Program-made: the position numbers and the translations under genes
Notes under the pieces: generated by a model
Database searches by the model: none
The model's input: only the letters and a program-made list of their open reading frames with translations
Told to the model about the DNA's origin: nothing
Assembly (NCBI RefSeq): GCF_988243305.1
Contig: NZ_OZ547136.1
Strand: one strand, 5' to 3'
DNA length: 64,000 nt
Shown: piece by piece, positions 1-26,279 of the stretch
Layout of the letters: every line of letters begins with the position of its first letter
Position numbering within the stretch: position 1 is the stretch's first letter

Positions 1-28
1 ATATCTAATTAAGCAAAAGGAGGCTGAT

Positions 29-652
29 ATGAGCCATCATCACGAAGGGTGTTGTAAACATGAAGGCCAGCCACGCCATGAAGGCTGCTGCAAAGGTGAG
101 AAGTCAGAACATGAGCACTGCGGACACGGTCACCAGCATGAACACGGTCAATGCTGCAGTGGTCGCCACGGTCGCGGCGGCGGTCGTCGGCAACGTTTCT
201 TTGGTCACGGTGAATTACGTCTGGTGATTCTGGATATTCTCTCGCGCGATGACAGCCACGGTTACGAGTTGATTAAAGCGATTGAGAATCTAACCCAGGG
301 GAATTACACCCCAAGCCCGGGCGTCATCTACCCGACGCTGGATTTTCTCCAGGAGCAGTCGCTGATTACCATCCGCGAAGAGGAAGGTGGTAAGAAGCAG
401 ATTGCGCTGACCGAACAGGGCGCGCAGTGGCTGGAAGAAAACCGCGAACAGGTGGAGATGATCGAAGAACGCATCAAAGCGCGTTGCGTTGGTGCTGCAC
501 TCCGCCAGAACCCGCAAATGAAGCGGGCACTGGATAATTTTAAAGCGGTGCTGGATTTACGCGTCAACCAGAGCGATATCACTGATGCGCAGATAAAAAA
601 GATCATTGCGGTGATCGACCGCGCCGCTTTTGATATTACGCAACTGGATTAA
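29..652 (+). CDS. yqjI: PadR-family transcriptional regulator YqjI with His/Cys-rich N-terminal metal-binding tract
   Basis: 207-aa ORF with RBS aaggagg upstream; N-terminus MSHHHEGCCKHEG... and PadR-like core; matches K-12 YqjI length and position next to aer. Confidence 0.9.
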   Translation: MSHHHEGCCKHEGQPRHEGCCKGEKSEHEHCGHGHQHEHGQCCSGRHGRGGGRRQRFFGHGELRLVILDILSRDDSHGYELIKAIENLTQGNYTPSPGVIYPTLDFLQEQSLITIREEEGGKKQIALTEQGAQWLEENREQVEMIEERIKARCVGAALRQNPQMKRALDNFKAVLDLRVNQSDITDAQIKKIIAVIDRAAFDITQLD

Positions 653-659
653 TCACCGA

Positions 660-730
660 TTGCCGGATGTGGCGTGCCCTACCCCCCCGTAGGCCTGATA
701 AGATGCGCCAGCATCGCATCAGGCATTGTG
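660..730. repeat. REP/PU palindromic element between convergent yqjI and aer
   Basis: ccggatgtggcgtg...gcatcgcatcaggc palindromic GC-rich units typical of E. coli REP. Confidence 0.5.
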
Positions 731-757
731 CGCCAACCGCCGGATGCGGCATATCGA

Positions 758-2278
758 TTAATGCAGCACCGTCACCGCGTCTTCCAGTCGGCTGGCGCGG
801 TGTTTCACCATCGCCGACACCTGCGCACTCTCTTCCACCAGCTCGGCATTTTTCTGGGTGATGAGGTTAAGCTCATCCACTGCACGGGTCAGGCTGGAAA
901 GCCCATCGGCCTGTTCCAGCGTTGAATGGCTAATCTGGGCGATCAACTGGGTGACGTTTTTCACCTGTGCCACAATATCTTCCATCGTCCGTCCGGCTGC
1001 GTGTACCTGCTGCGAACCGGATTGCACCTTATCAGCACTGGCATCAATCAGCTTGCGAATATCGTTGGCAGCATTGGCGCTGCGGCTGGCTAAATGACGC
1101 ACTTCCCCTGCCACCACTGCAAAACCTTTGCCTTGTTCGCCGGCTCGTGCCGCTTCCACCGCCGCATTCAGGGCCAGAATATTGGTCTGAAACGCAATAT
1201 CGTTAATCAGCGAAGTAATGGTGCCAATGCGCTGGGTACTGTCGGCGATATCGTCCATTGTCTTGATCACCGTGGTCATCGCCTCCCCGCCCTGCACTGC
1301 CGCATTACTGGCAGTGATAGAAAGTTTATCGGCAGCCGACGCCGTGGCAGAGTTCTGTTTCACCGACGCCGCCATTTGGTTCATGGTCGCCACCGTTTGC
1401 TGAACGTTATCAACTGTCTGCTGGGTATGTTCGTTCAGTTCATCGGTGCCTTTCGCCAGCGTCTCACTGCCATTTCTGACACTGGACACCTGGCTTGAGA
1501 CATCGTTAATTAGCCAACGGCACATCAGGCCAAGCTGCCCTACCGCGCGTAATGTCAGCCCCAGCTCATCGCTGCGATTCAGATGCTCAACACTATTACG
1601 CTCTCCGGTCGCCACCTTCAGTGCCTGACGGGCGACATTTTCTATCGGGCGGACAATCTGCCATTCAAAACAGGCGCTTGCCAACAATACCACTAACGCA
1701 CAGAGGATATACGTCACCACCGGGGCAGCAACAAACCAAAGCATGACCGCCAGCAAGATAAACATCAGGGTCATCACGCCACGCGCCCGCCAGCGAAGCG
1801 GTAATGAAGGCAGTTTACCCAGCCAGCCTTTACGCACCACCAGGCCTTTATGAATACGTTTACTGGTACGTCCGGCGTTCAACGCTTTGTACAGCGGCTC
1901 CACCGCCGCGATCTCTTTATCCGTCGCCCGGGTACGAATCGACATATAGCCACTGATTTTTCCCTCGCGCACCATCGGTACCGCATTGGCCCGCACCCAA
2001 TAATGGTCGCCATTTTTGCGGCGATTTTTCACGATGCCGCTCCATGGCTCCCCTTTTTTCAGGGTGAACCACATATCTGCAAACGCCGCTTTTGGCATAT
2101 CCGGGTGACGCACCATGTTGTGCGGCTGCCCTTGTAACTCTTGCAAGGTATAGCCGCTCACCTGCACAAAAGTGTCATTAGCATGAGTGATATAGCTTTG
2201 CAGATCGGTAGTGGACATCAGAGTGGTATCGTCCGCCAGCGGGGTATTTTGCTGGGTGACATACGGATGAGAAGACAT
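758..2278 (-). CDS. aer: aerotaxis receptor Aer (PAS-FAD sensor plus MCP signalling domain)
   Basis: 506-aa ORF; N-terminal PAS region and C-terminal methyl-accepting signalling domain; identical in length to K-12 Aer. Confidence 0.95.
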   Translation of the reverse strand: MSSHPYVTQQNTPLADDTTLMSTTDLQSYITHANDTFVQVSGYTLQELQGQPHNMVRHPDMPKAAFADMWFTLKKGEPWSGIVKNRRKNGDHYWVRANAVPMVREGKISGYMSIRTRATDKEIAAVEPLYKALNAGRTSKRIHKGLVVRKGWLGKLPSLPLRWRARGVMTLMFILLAVMLWFVAAPVVTYILCALVVLLASACFEWQIVRPIENVARQALKVATGERNSVEHLNRSDELGLTLRAVGQLGLMCRWLINDVSSQVSSVRNGSETLAKGTDELNEHTQQTVDNVQQTVATMNQMAASVKQNSATASAADKLSITASNAAVQGGEAMTTVIKTMDDIADSTQRIGTITSLINDIAFQTNILALNAAVEAARAGEQGKGFAVVAGEVRHLASRSANAANDIRKLIDASADKVQSGSQQVHAAGRTMEDIVAQVKNVTQLIAQISHSTLEQADGLSSLTRAVDELNLITQKNAELVEESAQVSAMVKHRASRLEDAVTVLH

Positions 2279-2327
2279 GTTCGCGTCCTGTGCAGGTTAT
2301 ATGGTTGTTAACTTCTTGTCAGAGTTT

Positions 2328-2355
2328 ATGTCGGCCCCGCTGCGGTTATCTTTAA
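2328..2355 (-). promoter_or_regulatory. candidate sigma-28 (FliA) promoter for aer
   Basis: minus-strand reads TAAAGATA-N11-GCCGACAT, close to sigma-28 consensus TAAAGTTT-N11-GCCGATAA, about 50 nt upstream of the aer start. Confidence 0.55.
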
Positions 2356-2560
2356 CTGATTAATTTGATTTAGATCGCAATTTGCGATTAAAGCATAAAT
2401 CTAATCCCTTGATTTAAAATACTTTCACTCTGTTACTATACGAAAACGTTAATTATCTTGCCCAAAAATCAGGCAGTTGTTGCCCTGAAAGTGTGCATTT
2501 GCGCAGCAATCGCCAAATCCATACCCGACAAAAACCGTGCAAAATAACAACAGATGTTAA

Positions 2561-17189
<14,629 letters not shown>

Positions 17190-17293
17190 ATCAGCATACT
17201 TGTCCTTAGCCTTCTGCAGTGACAGCTGGTAGTACAGCGTGCTTCTGGCCAGCCCTGCAGCCTTTAACAGGTCAGACTGGCAGTGTCCGCATC

Positions 17294-17824
17294 TCAGGCT
17301 CCGGATGACTTTCGTTTTTTCTCCAGCTCCTGGCGCTTTTTTTCCAGGAGATGCTCCTGCATGGCTTTCAGATATGCATTTTCTGCGCGAAGATAACGCA
17401 GCTCATTCTTCATCTCTTCCGGCGTCATGTTTGCCTCGTTTTCATGGGTATCATCAGAACGGGTCATGCTTTTCTCCTTCCTGCGCCTGATAAAGGCCTC
17501 ATCACCAGATTTGCGGTAGCCTTTTATCCAGTTTTTAACCGTGTTGTGGCTGGGAATGTTAAACCGGGCAGCTACCCGGGGTAGAGACTCAGAATGCCCG
17601 AGAGCATAAAGAACCACGCAAAGTTTATCTTCAGGAGAATAGCTACGCCTGTGTCTGCAATCCAGTGCCCGAGGACCGTGAAGAAGAAAAAGATTAATCC
17701 AGTGTGAGAGGCTGGTGTGAGAAAGTTGAAAGAGTTTTGCCGTAGAAATGATGCCAGCATGACCGGCCAGGTAATGATTTACAGCGGCAAGTTTTACTTC
17801 AAATGAATGTTTCATAAACTGCAC
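17294..17824 (-). CDS. IS3-family transposase OrfA (HTH DNA-binding, leucine-zipper C-terminus)
   Basis: 176-aa ORF; slippery heptamer A AAA AAG at 17336-17342 near its 3' end. Confidence 0.8.
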   Translation of the reverse strand: MQFMKHSFEVKLAAVNHYLAGHAGIISTAKLFQLSHTSLSHWINLFLLHGPRALDCRHRRSYSPEDKLCVVLYALGHSESLPRVAARFNIPSHNTVKNWIKGYRKSGDEAFIRRRKEKSMTRSDDTHENEANMTPEEMKNELRYLRAENAYLKAMQEHLLEKKRQELEKKRKSSGA

Positions 17825-17986
17825 CTTCAGATGTCAGATTATGTCCAACATTTGGGGTGCAGTTCACAAGCGTCGTATCCGGCATTTCCAATGGGCGTAT
17901 TCTTTTTGAATCCCATCACAAACCCCGCACTCCCCTTTTCCCTTTTCTCCGGCGACGGCTAAATTAGAACTCATCCGACCACATAA

Positions 17987-20032
<2,046 letters not shown>

Positions 20033-20049
20033 ATCGTTATTTGAAGCGC

Positions 20050-20070
20050 CGGATGCGACGCATCCGGCAC
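20050..20070. terminator. hairpin/REP-like terminator after fadH
   Basis: gccggatgcgacgcatccggc perfect palindrome directly after the fadH stop. Confidence 0.45.
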
Positions 20071-20076
20071 GTCGCG

Positions 20077-20493
20077 TTAATCAATAAACAAGGCGGGAGA
20101 AATGCCGAATCGCGTTGCCAGTTTTTTAGCGTGTTCCAGCGTTAATTTCCTCTTCCCGCTCAAAACGCGTGACACCATGGATTTACTGCCAATTTCCGGA
20201 AGATCGGAAAGGGTTAAACCATATTGATCCATAAGGGTACGAATCACGGCTATACCGCCAGGCATGGCTTGAGCCATGGCATTAAATTCAGCAAATTCGG
20301 GCGCTGATTCTTCCCACGCGGTTATTTTGGCACACACCAGATCCAGCAAGGGATTTTCAGGATCGTTGAGCAGCAGATGATCTACCAGTTCCAGCGCCTG
20401 GGTGTATTGTTCCTCGTTCTGAATACCCGCCAGAAAAGGTGCCACAGCAGTTAGCTTTTCTCCTGCTTGCAAGATGTCGGCAATCGCAATCAT
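20077..20493 (-). CDS. higA: antitoxin HigA (HTH, Xre-like)
   Basis: C-terminal 138 codons of the 177-aa track ORF equal K-12 HigA (MIAIADILQAGEKLTAVAPF...). Confidence 0.8.
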   Translation of the reverse strand: MIAIADILQAGEKLTAVAPFLAGIQNEEQYTQALELVDHLLLNDPENPLLDLVCAKITAWEESAPEFAEFNAMAQAMPGGIAVIRTLMDQYGLTLSDLPEIGSKSMVSRVLSGKRKLTLEHAKKLATRFGISPALFID

Positions 20494-20610
20494 TTTTTCC
20501 CCTTTGAAATATCCCTTAGCAATCGTGTTCCCCAGAGCCACCAACTCCGTTTTATGTTGCGGGTATTTTTCCGCAGCATCTTTCAATGCTTTTTGAGTTA
20601 TCAGGTGCAT
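20494..20610 (-). pseudogene. higB: higB toxin remnant: first ~36 codons fused in frame to higA
   Basis: track ORF begins MHLITQKALKDAAEKYPQHKTELVALGNTIAKGYFK (HigB N-terminus as I recall it) then runs GEK-MIAIADIL into HigA; rest of the 104-aa toxin absent. Confidence 0.5.
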
Positions 20611-20749
20611 TCTTCATCACGTCCGTTGACAGATTGGCAACGAATGAATTTATCTGTGTGACGGAAGAATAAACGTAGAAAAATGCTAAACAAGAGAATG
20701 TAGAGGATGGTGACAGGGATTTTTTGTTTTATGGAAGCGCGATTCCAGA

Positions 20750-20865
20750 ACTGGGCAGACATTGCCGGATGCGACGCTTGCCGCGTCTTATCCGACCTGG
20801 GGGTAATGTGCTGAACGTAGGCCAGATAAGGCGTTTACGCCTTATCTGGCAGGTAGCTGCCAATC
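20750..20865. repeat. BIME/REP cluster between higB remnant and rlmG
   Basis: gccggatgcgacgcttgccgcgtcttatccgacc and aggccagataaggcgtttacgccttatctggc palindromic units. Confidence 0.5.
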
Positions 20866-22002
20866 TTACCGACGACGCCCCAGCTTCACCGCTTTCAGCA
20901 CCACAAATTTATTATTCGTGGCGATGGTGGTGCAGTTGCCGAAAATCTTCTTCAGTTTATGGAAGTAATCCAGGTGACGGTTGGCAACGATATACAGCTC
21001 GCCGTTGATTTTCAGACAGCGGCGGGCGTGGTGGAACATCTCCCAGGCGACGTTATCGGTCAGCGCATGTTGCTGATGAAACGGCGGGTTGCAGAGCACA
21101 GCATTAAAGCGGAAAGGCTCCACGCCGGAGAGCGCGTTGTTGATCATAAACTCGCAGCGATCCAACGCCTCTGGCATGTTGGTTTCAACGTTCAAACGGC
21201 TGGAAGCAACCGCCATCGGCGATTCATCGACAAACACCACTTTCGCCTGCGGGTTTTTATCAAGCAGCGTCAGACCAATAACGCCATTACCACAACCGAG
21301 ATCGACAATCTCACCTTCGAGATTCTCTGGCAGATGCTGCATAAAGAAGCGCGCGCCAATATCCAGCCCGGTGCGGGAGAAGACATTCGCATGGTTGTGG
21401 ATAGTCCAGTCAGTACCTTCCAGTTTCCAGCTAACGGTCTGCGGCGCATCGGCCAGCGGCGGCTCGTTGAAAGTACAGTTAATTAAGCGTGCCTTCTTCC
21501 ATGCCAGCGTGGTGGTGGTAGGGCCGAGCACTTTTTCGAACAGTTCCAGCGTGGAAGTGTGGATGTCACGGGCTTTGGCACCGGCAATAATACGTGTATC
21601 CGGCGTGACCACTTTGCGCAGCGCACGCAGTTGTTGTTCCAGCAACGCCAGTGTTTTCGGTACTTTGATCAGTACCACGCCCGGCTGTTGCGGGTAGTCG
21701 GCGGTGCTGTCGAGAAACTTCACGCTCGACTCATCAATCCCGTTGAGGCGTAAATTCTCGCGCGTCGCCAGTTCGCTGATGTATGAGTCGCCAATGCTGT
21801 ATGGCTTATGTTCCGCCAGCACACAACTTAACGCACCAAAGGCATCATTCAGGATCAACACCGGGCCGCGGATTTCTGTGTCGTCCAACTGTTGCAGCAA
21901 ATATTCATCCGCCGCTTCCCACGCCTGTAGTGGGTTAACGTCATCCGTCGCCGGAAAACGTTGTAGTGTCAGTGAACGGAAACCGTTGTCTAAGTGGCTC
22001 AT
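20866..22002 (-). CDS. rlmG: 23S rRNA (guanine1835-N2)-methyltransferase
   Basis: 378-aa ORF with SAM-binding motif (VDLGCGNG) matching K-12 RlmG/YgjO. Confidence 0.9.
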   Translation of the reverse strand: MSHLDNGFRSLTLQRFPATDDVNPLQAWEAADEYLLQQLDDTEIRGPVLILNDAFGALSCVLAEHKPYSIGDSYISELATRENLRLNGIDESSVKFLDSTADYPQQPGVVLIKVPKTLALLEQQLRALRKVVTPDTRIIAGAKARDIHTSTLELFEKVLGPTTTTLAWKKARLINCTFNEPPLADAPQTVSWKLEGTDWTIHNHANVFSRTGLDIGARFFMQHLPENLEGEIVDLGCGNGVIGLTLLDKNPQAKVVFVDESPMAVASSRLNVETNMPEALDRCEFMINNALSGVEPFRFNAVLCNPPFHQQHALTDNVAWEMFHHARRCLKINGELYIVANRHLDYFHKLKKIFGNCTTIATNNKFVVLKAVKLGRRR

Positions 22003-22086
22003 CGGCCCTCCTGAATGATAAAATTTCGACGTTGCCCCTGAAAAGGGTGCGTGAGTATACCCTTTTTCTCTTTTTCGTGGGCGGTT

Positions 22087-22590
22087 ATGAGCAATCTTAC
22101 TTATCTTCAGGGTTATCCCGACCAGCTACTTTCCCAGGTGCGAACGCTGATTAACGAACAGCGTCTGGGCGATGTGCTGGCAAAACGCTATCCGGGAACA
22201 CACGACTACGCCACCGATAAAGCCCTCTGGCAATATACTCAGGATCTTAAAAATCAGTTTCTGCGCAATGCCCCGCCGATCACTAAAGTGATGTATGACA
22301 ACAAGATCCATGTGCTGAAAAACGCGCTCGGGTTACATACCGCTGTTTCGCGTGTGCAGGGCGGCAAGCTGAAAGCAAAGGCGGAGATCCGCGTCGCTAC
22401 CGTGTTTCGCAACGCGCCGGAACCGTTTTTGCGCATGATCGTGGTGCACGAGTTGGCGCACCTGAAGGAGAAAGAGCATAACAAAGCGTTCTATCAATTG
22501 TGCTGCCATATGGAGCCGCAGTACCACCAGCTTGAGTTCGACACCCGGCTGTGGCTAACGCAGTTGTCGCTTGGGCAGGACAAAATCTGA
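22087..22590 (+). CDS. ygjP: metal-dependent hydrolase YgjP (HExxH)
   Basis: 167-aa product from ATG 22087 ([13 protein letters not shown]...); HELAH motif present. Confidence 0.85.
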   Translation: MSNLTYLQGYPDQLLSQVRTLINEQRLGDVLAKRYPGTHDYATDKALWQYTQDLKNQFLRNAPPITKVMYDNKIHVLKNALGLHTAVSRVQGGKLKAKAEIRVATVFRNAPEPFLRMIVVHELAHLKEKEHNKAFYQLCCHMEPQYHQLEFDTRLWLTQLSLGQDKI

Positions 22591-22666
22591 AAATGATGTC
22601 AGGCGTTATCTTTTCTTCCTATAGCGCCTAAAATCGACCTCCCCCCTTTCGTTAAGGATAACGACC

Positions 22667-23350
22667 ATGCAGCCCCGCCTTCTTCTCCGTATTTGTTTTT
22701 CTCGCCGGACTCTTAAGATTGGCTGTTTATTGTTGCTTATAGCAGGAGCGACCATTTTTATTGCCGATCGCGTTATGGTCAACACCAGCAAGCAGCTGAC
22801 CTGGAGCGATGTCAACGCAGTTCCGGCGCGTAACGTGGGTTTATTGCTGGGGGCGAGGCCGGGTAATCGCTACTTTACCCGACGTATTGATACCGCAGCA
22901 GCGTTGTACCACGCCGGAAAAGTGAAATGGCTACTGGTAAGTGGCGATAACGGACGTAAAAATTACGATGAAGCCTCAGGTATGCAGCAGGCTTTGATCG
23001 CTAAAGGCGTACCGGCGAAAGTGATCTTCTGCGACTATGCCGGATTCTCAACGCTTGATTCGGTGGTGCGTGCCAAAAAGGTGTTTGGGGAAAACCATAT
23101 CACCATTATTTCGCAAGAATTTCATAACCAACGCGCCATCTGGCTGGCAAAACAGTACGGCATCGACGCTATCGGCTTTAACGCGCCAGACCTCAATATG
23201 AAGCACGGTTTTTATACTCAGTTACGGGAGAAACTCGCCAGAGTCAGCGCGGTGATTGACGCAAAAATCCTCCATCGCCAGCCGAAATATCTCGGGCCAT
23301 CGGTCATGATTGGGCCGTTTAGTGAGCATGGCTGTCCGGCGCAGAAATAA
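22667..23350 (+). CDS. ygjQ: DUF218-domain membrane-anchored protein YgjQ
   Basis: 227-aa ORF with N-terminal hydrophobic anchor; K-12 synteny. Confidence 0.85.
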   Translation: MQPRLLLRICFSRRTLKIGCLLLLIAGATIFIADRVMVNTSKQLTWSDVNAVPARNVGLLLGARPGNRYFTRRIDTAAALYHAGKVKWLLVSGDNGRKNYDEASGMQQALIAKGVPAKVIFCDYAGFSTLDSVVRAKKVFGENHITIISQEFHNQRAIWLAKQYGIDAIGFNAPDLNMKHGFYTQLREKLARVSAVIDAKILHRQPKYLGPSVMIGPFSEHGCPAQK

Positions 23351-23428
23351 TGCGTATCTGCGCACGTCGAAGATGAAAAAGGCGTGCTACATTGACGACA
23401 GAATCCCTTTATGGAGTATCCACGCGTT

Positions 23429-24415
23429 ATGATACGTTTCGCTGTGATTGGTACGAACTGGATCACTCGCCAGTTCGTCGAGGCCGCCCATGAGAGCGGT
23501 AAATACAAGTTAACCGCCGTATATTCCCGCAGCCTTGAACAGGCCCAGCACTTTGCCAATGATTTTTCTGTCGAGCATCTGTTTACGTCGCTGGAAGCGA
23601 TGGCGGAAAGCGATGCCATTGACGCGGTGTATATTGCCAGCCCGAATGCCCTGCACTTTTCCCAGACACAACTTTTCCTTAGCCACAAAATTCATGTGAT
23701 TTGCGAGAAGCCGCTGGCATCGAATCTGGCGGAAGTGGATGCCGCCATTGCCTGTGCGCGGGAAAATCAGGTGGTGCTGTTTGAGGCATTTAAAACGGCC
23801 TACCTGCCGAACTTTCATCTGTTGCGCCAGGCGCTGCCGAAAGTCGGCAAACTGCGTAAAGTCTTTTTCAACTATTGCCAGTATTCCTCGCGGTATCAAC
23901 GTTACCTGGATGGTGAGAATCCCAACACCTTTAATCCGGCATTCTCTAACGGTTCAATTATGGATATCGGCTTTTACTGCCTGGCGTCGGCGGTGGCATT
24001 ATTCGGTGAACCGAAAAGCGTGCAGGCAACCGCCAGTTTGCTGGCAAGCGGCGTGGATGCCCACGGCGTGGTGGTGATGGATTACGGTGATTTCAGCGTT
24101 ACGTTGCAGCACTCAAAAGTGAGCGATTCTGTCCTGGCAAGCGAGATTCAGGGCGAAGCAGGATCGCTGGTGATTGAAAAACTGTCTGAATGCCAGAAAG
24201 TGTGTTTTGTGCCGCGTGGCAGCCAGATGCAGGATCTCACCCAACCGCAGCATATTAATACCATGCTCTACGAAGCAGAGCTGTTCGCTACCCTGGTGGA
24301 TGAGCATCTGGTGGATCATCCTGGGCTGGCGGTCAGTCGCATCACCGCCAAACTGCTGACCGAGATCCGCCGCCAGACTGGGGTGATTTTTCCGGCAGAT
24401 AGCGTAAAACTATAA
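23429..24415 (+). CDS. ygjR: Gfo/Idh/MocA-family NAD(P)-dependent oxidoreductase
   Basis: 328-aa product from second in-frame ATG (MIRFAVIGTNWI...), Rossmann N-terminus. Confidence 0.85.
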   Translation: MIRFAVIGTNWITRQFVEAAHESGKYKLTAVYSRSLEQAQHFANDFSVEHLFTSLEAMAESDAIDAVYIASPNALHFSQTQLFLSHKIHVICEKPLASNLAEVDAAIACARENQVVLFEAFKTAYLPNFHLLRQALPKVGKLRKVFFNYCQYSSRYQRYLDGENPNTFNPAFSNGSIMDIGFYCLASAVALFGEPKSVQATASLLASGVDAHGVVVMDYGDFSVTLQHSKVSDSVLASEIQGEAGSLVIEKLSECQKVCFVPRGSQMQDLTQPQHINTMLYEAELFATLVDEHLVDHPGLAVSRITAKLLTEIRRQTGVIFPADSVKL

Positions 24416-24439
24416 TTGCCAAAGTAAAACAGTGTAAAA

Positions 24440-24698
24440 GGTATGTAACAGACCATTGACTGACTGAATGGTCTGTCATACTTTGTTACCTGCAAAGGGG
24501 AGTAACTTCATTGCCGGTCGATCGTCATTACGATGTGTGAAAAACCACATCCGGTCACCGGGCAACCCGAAAGGAATACGCAGACGTATTCCTTTTTTGT
24601 TGTAAGTGAGACCTTGCCGGAAGGCGAGGTCTATGCATAAAAAGCAGCGGCTGACGTCTTCCGACGTTGGCCGTTTTTTTTATGTGTAAGGAACTTCT
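24440..24698 (+). promoter_or_regulatory. alx 5' leader (SraF RNA; pH-responsive element of the yybP-ykoY riboswitch family)
   Basis: structured ~260-nt leader directly upstream of alx with several hairpins; assignment rests on K-12 knowledge, motif not computationally confirmed. Confidence 0.5.
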
Positions 24699-25664
24699 AT
24701 GAATACTGTCGGCACGCCGTTGCTATGGGGCGGATTCGCTGTTGTTGTCGCCATTATGCTGGCTATCGACCTGTTGTTGCAGGGGCGTCGTGGGGCACAT
24801 GCCATGACCATGAAACAGGCTGCGGCCTGGTCGCTGGTCTGGGTGACGCTGTCGTTACTGTTTAACGCCGCTTTCTGGTGGTATCTGGTGCAAACCGAAG
24901 GACGCGCCGTTGCCGATCCACAGGCACTGGCCTTTCTCACGGGTTATCTGATTGAGAAATCGCTGGCGGTCGATAACGTCTTTGTCTGGCTGATGTTGTT
25001 CAGCTATTTCTCTGTTCCGGCGGCGTTACAACGGCGCGTGCTGGTGTATGGCGTGCTCGGGGCGATTGTTCTGCGTACCATCATGATCTTCACTGGCAGC
25101 TGGCTGATTTCGCAGTTCGACTGGATCCTGTATATCTTCGGTGCCTTCCTGCTGTTTACCGGCGTGAAGATGGCGCTGGCCCATGAAGATGAATCAGGCA
25201 TTGGCGACAAGCCGCTGGTGCGCTGGCTGCGCGGTCATTTGCGCATGACCGACACCATCGACAACGAGCATTTCTTTGTGCGTAAGAATGGCTTGCTGTA
25301 TGCCACGCCGCTGATGCTGGTGCTGATTCTGGTGGAATTGAGCGACGTGATTTTCGCCGTGGATAGCATTCCGGCTATCTTCGCCGTGACCACTGACCCG
25401 TTCATTGTGCTGACCTCAAACCTGTTTGCGATCCTCGGCCTGCGTGCGATGTATTTCCTGCTGGCGGGCGTAGCAGAACGTTTCTCGATGCTCAAATATG
25501 GCCTGGCGGTGATTCTGGTGTTTATCGGTATCAAGATGCTGATTGTCGACTTCTACCATATTCCAATCGCCGTCTCGCTGGGCGTGGTGTTTGGCATTCT
25601 GGTGATGACGTTTATTATCAACGCCTGGGTGAATTATCAGCATGATAAGCAGCGGGGAGAATGA
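24699..25664 (+). CDS. alx: TerC-family inner membrane protein Alx
   Basis: 321-aa polytopic ORF matching K-12 Alx/YgjT. Confidence 0.9.
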   Translation: MNTVGTPLLWGGFAVVVAIMLAIDLLLQGRRGAHAMTMKQAAAWSLVWVTLSLLFNAAFWWYLVQTEGRAVADPQALAFLTGYLIEKSLAVDNVFVWLMLFSYFSVPAALQRRVLVYGVLGAIVLRTIMIFTGSWLISQFDWILYIFGAFLLFTGVKMALAHEDESGIGDKPLVRWLRGHLRMTDTIDNEHFFVRKNGLLYATPLMLVLILVELSDVIFAVDSIPAIFAVTTDPFIVLTSNLFAILGLRAMYFLLAGVAERFSMLKYGLAVILVFIGIKMLIVDFYHIPIAVSLGVVFGILVMTFIINAWVNYQHDKQRGE

Positions 25665-25769
25665 TTCGCTGTATATTAAGCCATTACTAGAGATAACTCA
25701 TTCCAGACAAAGGTGAGCTATTAATTATGTAATCGGCTTATAGCTCTTTACAAAAAGACCGCACGGGTG

Positions 25770-25995
25770 TTGGTGGCGTCAAAATCGCCGAAGCGTTCCC
25801 TGGAGGCCGGGGCGACGCGCATGGATGCGCGGCGAGGGCGCATCTTACAGGGACGTTCCCTTGCGCCCGACCCGGTAGCCGCAAGGGATAAGCTGAGGGA
25901 ACCGCGCAGCGGCGATTTTGTTCGCCAGAGCCTGGGGGTGCAGGGGGCGGCGGCGATTGGCCGCCCCCTGCGCGCTCCCTGCGGTAGTGACTTTA
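25770..25995. other. GC-rich structured intergenic element of unknown identity
   Basis: ~68% GC block flanked by AT-rich DNA; long-range inverted repeat ggcgtcaaaatcgccgaagcg / cgcagcggcgattttgttcgcc plus internal hairpins. Confidence 0.3.
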
Positions 25996-26279
25996 TATGG
26001 CATAGCACATTAAAGGAGCGCAACCGTTCTCATATACCAAATAGTTTTGCCCATATGTTATCTAATCAGCCTTAGTAGCCAGTCCTTCCCTCTGTTTATG
26101 TCAAATAAATGTAACCATTAAGTTGCAAAATATGACCTCTCTTTAAAATCCAGCATTTTTCGCTTCCCGAAGCTGTAACTTTCCTTATACTCGACCTTGC
26201 AAACACTTTGTTACATCCTGAAAGATGCGTCGACAGAACGCACCAGGGATGTGCGACAACACAATGAAAGGATCGAAAA

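Noticed and set aside
20750-20865. Possible CRISPR-like or novel repeats among the dispersed palindromic units (also at 660, 14445, 38390, 41545)
   Set aside because: They are imperfect GC-rich palindromes of the REP/BIME type with variable spacing, not regular direct repeats with unique spacers; no cas genes are present.
25748-26075. ORFs of 91 and 102 aa in the GC-rich alx-sstT element
   Set aside because: Arg/Ala/Gly-rich translations with no RBS, typical of GC-rich non-coding DNA; the region is better explained as a structured element.
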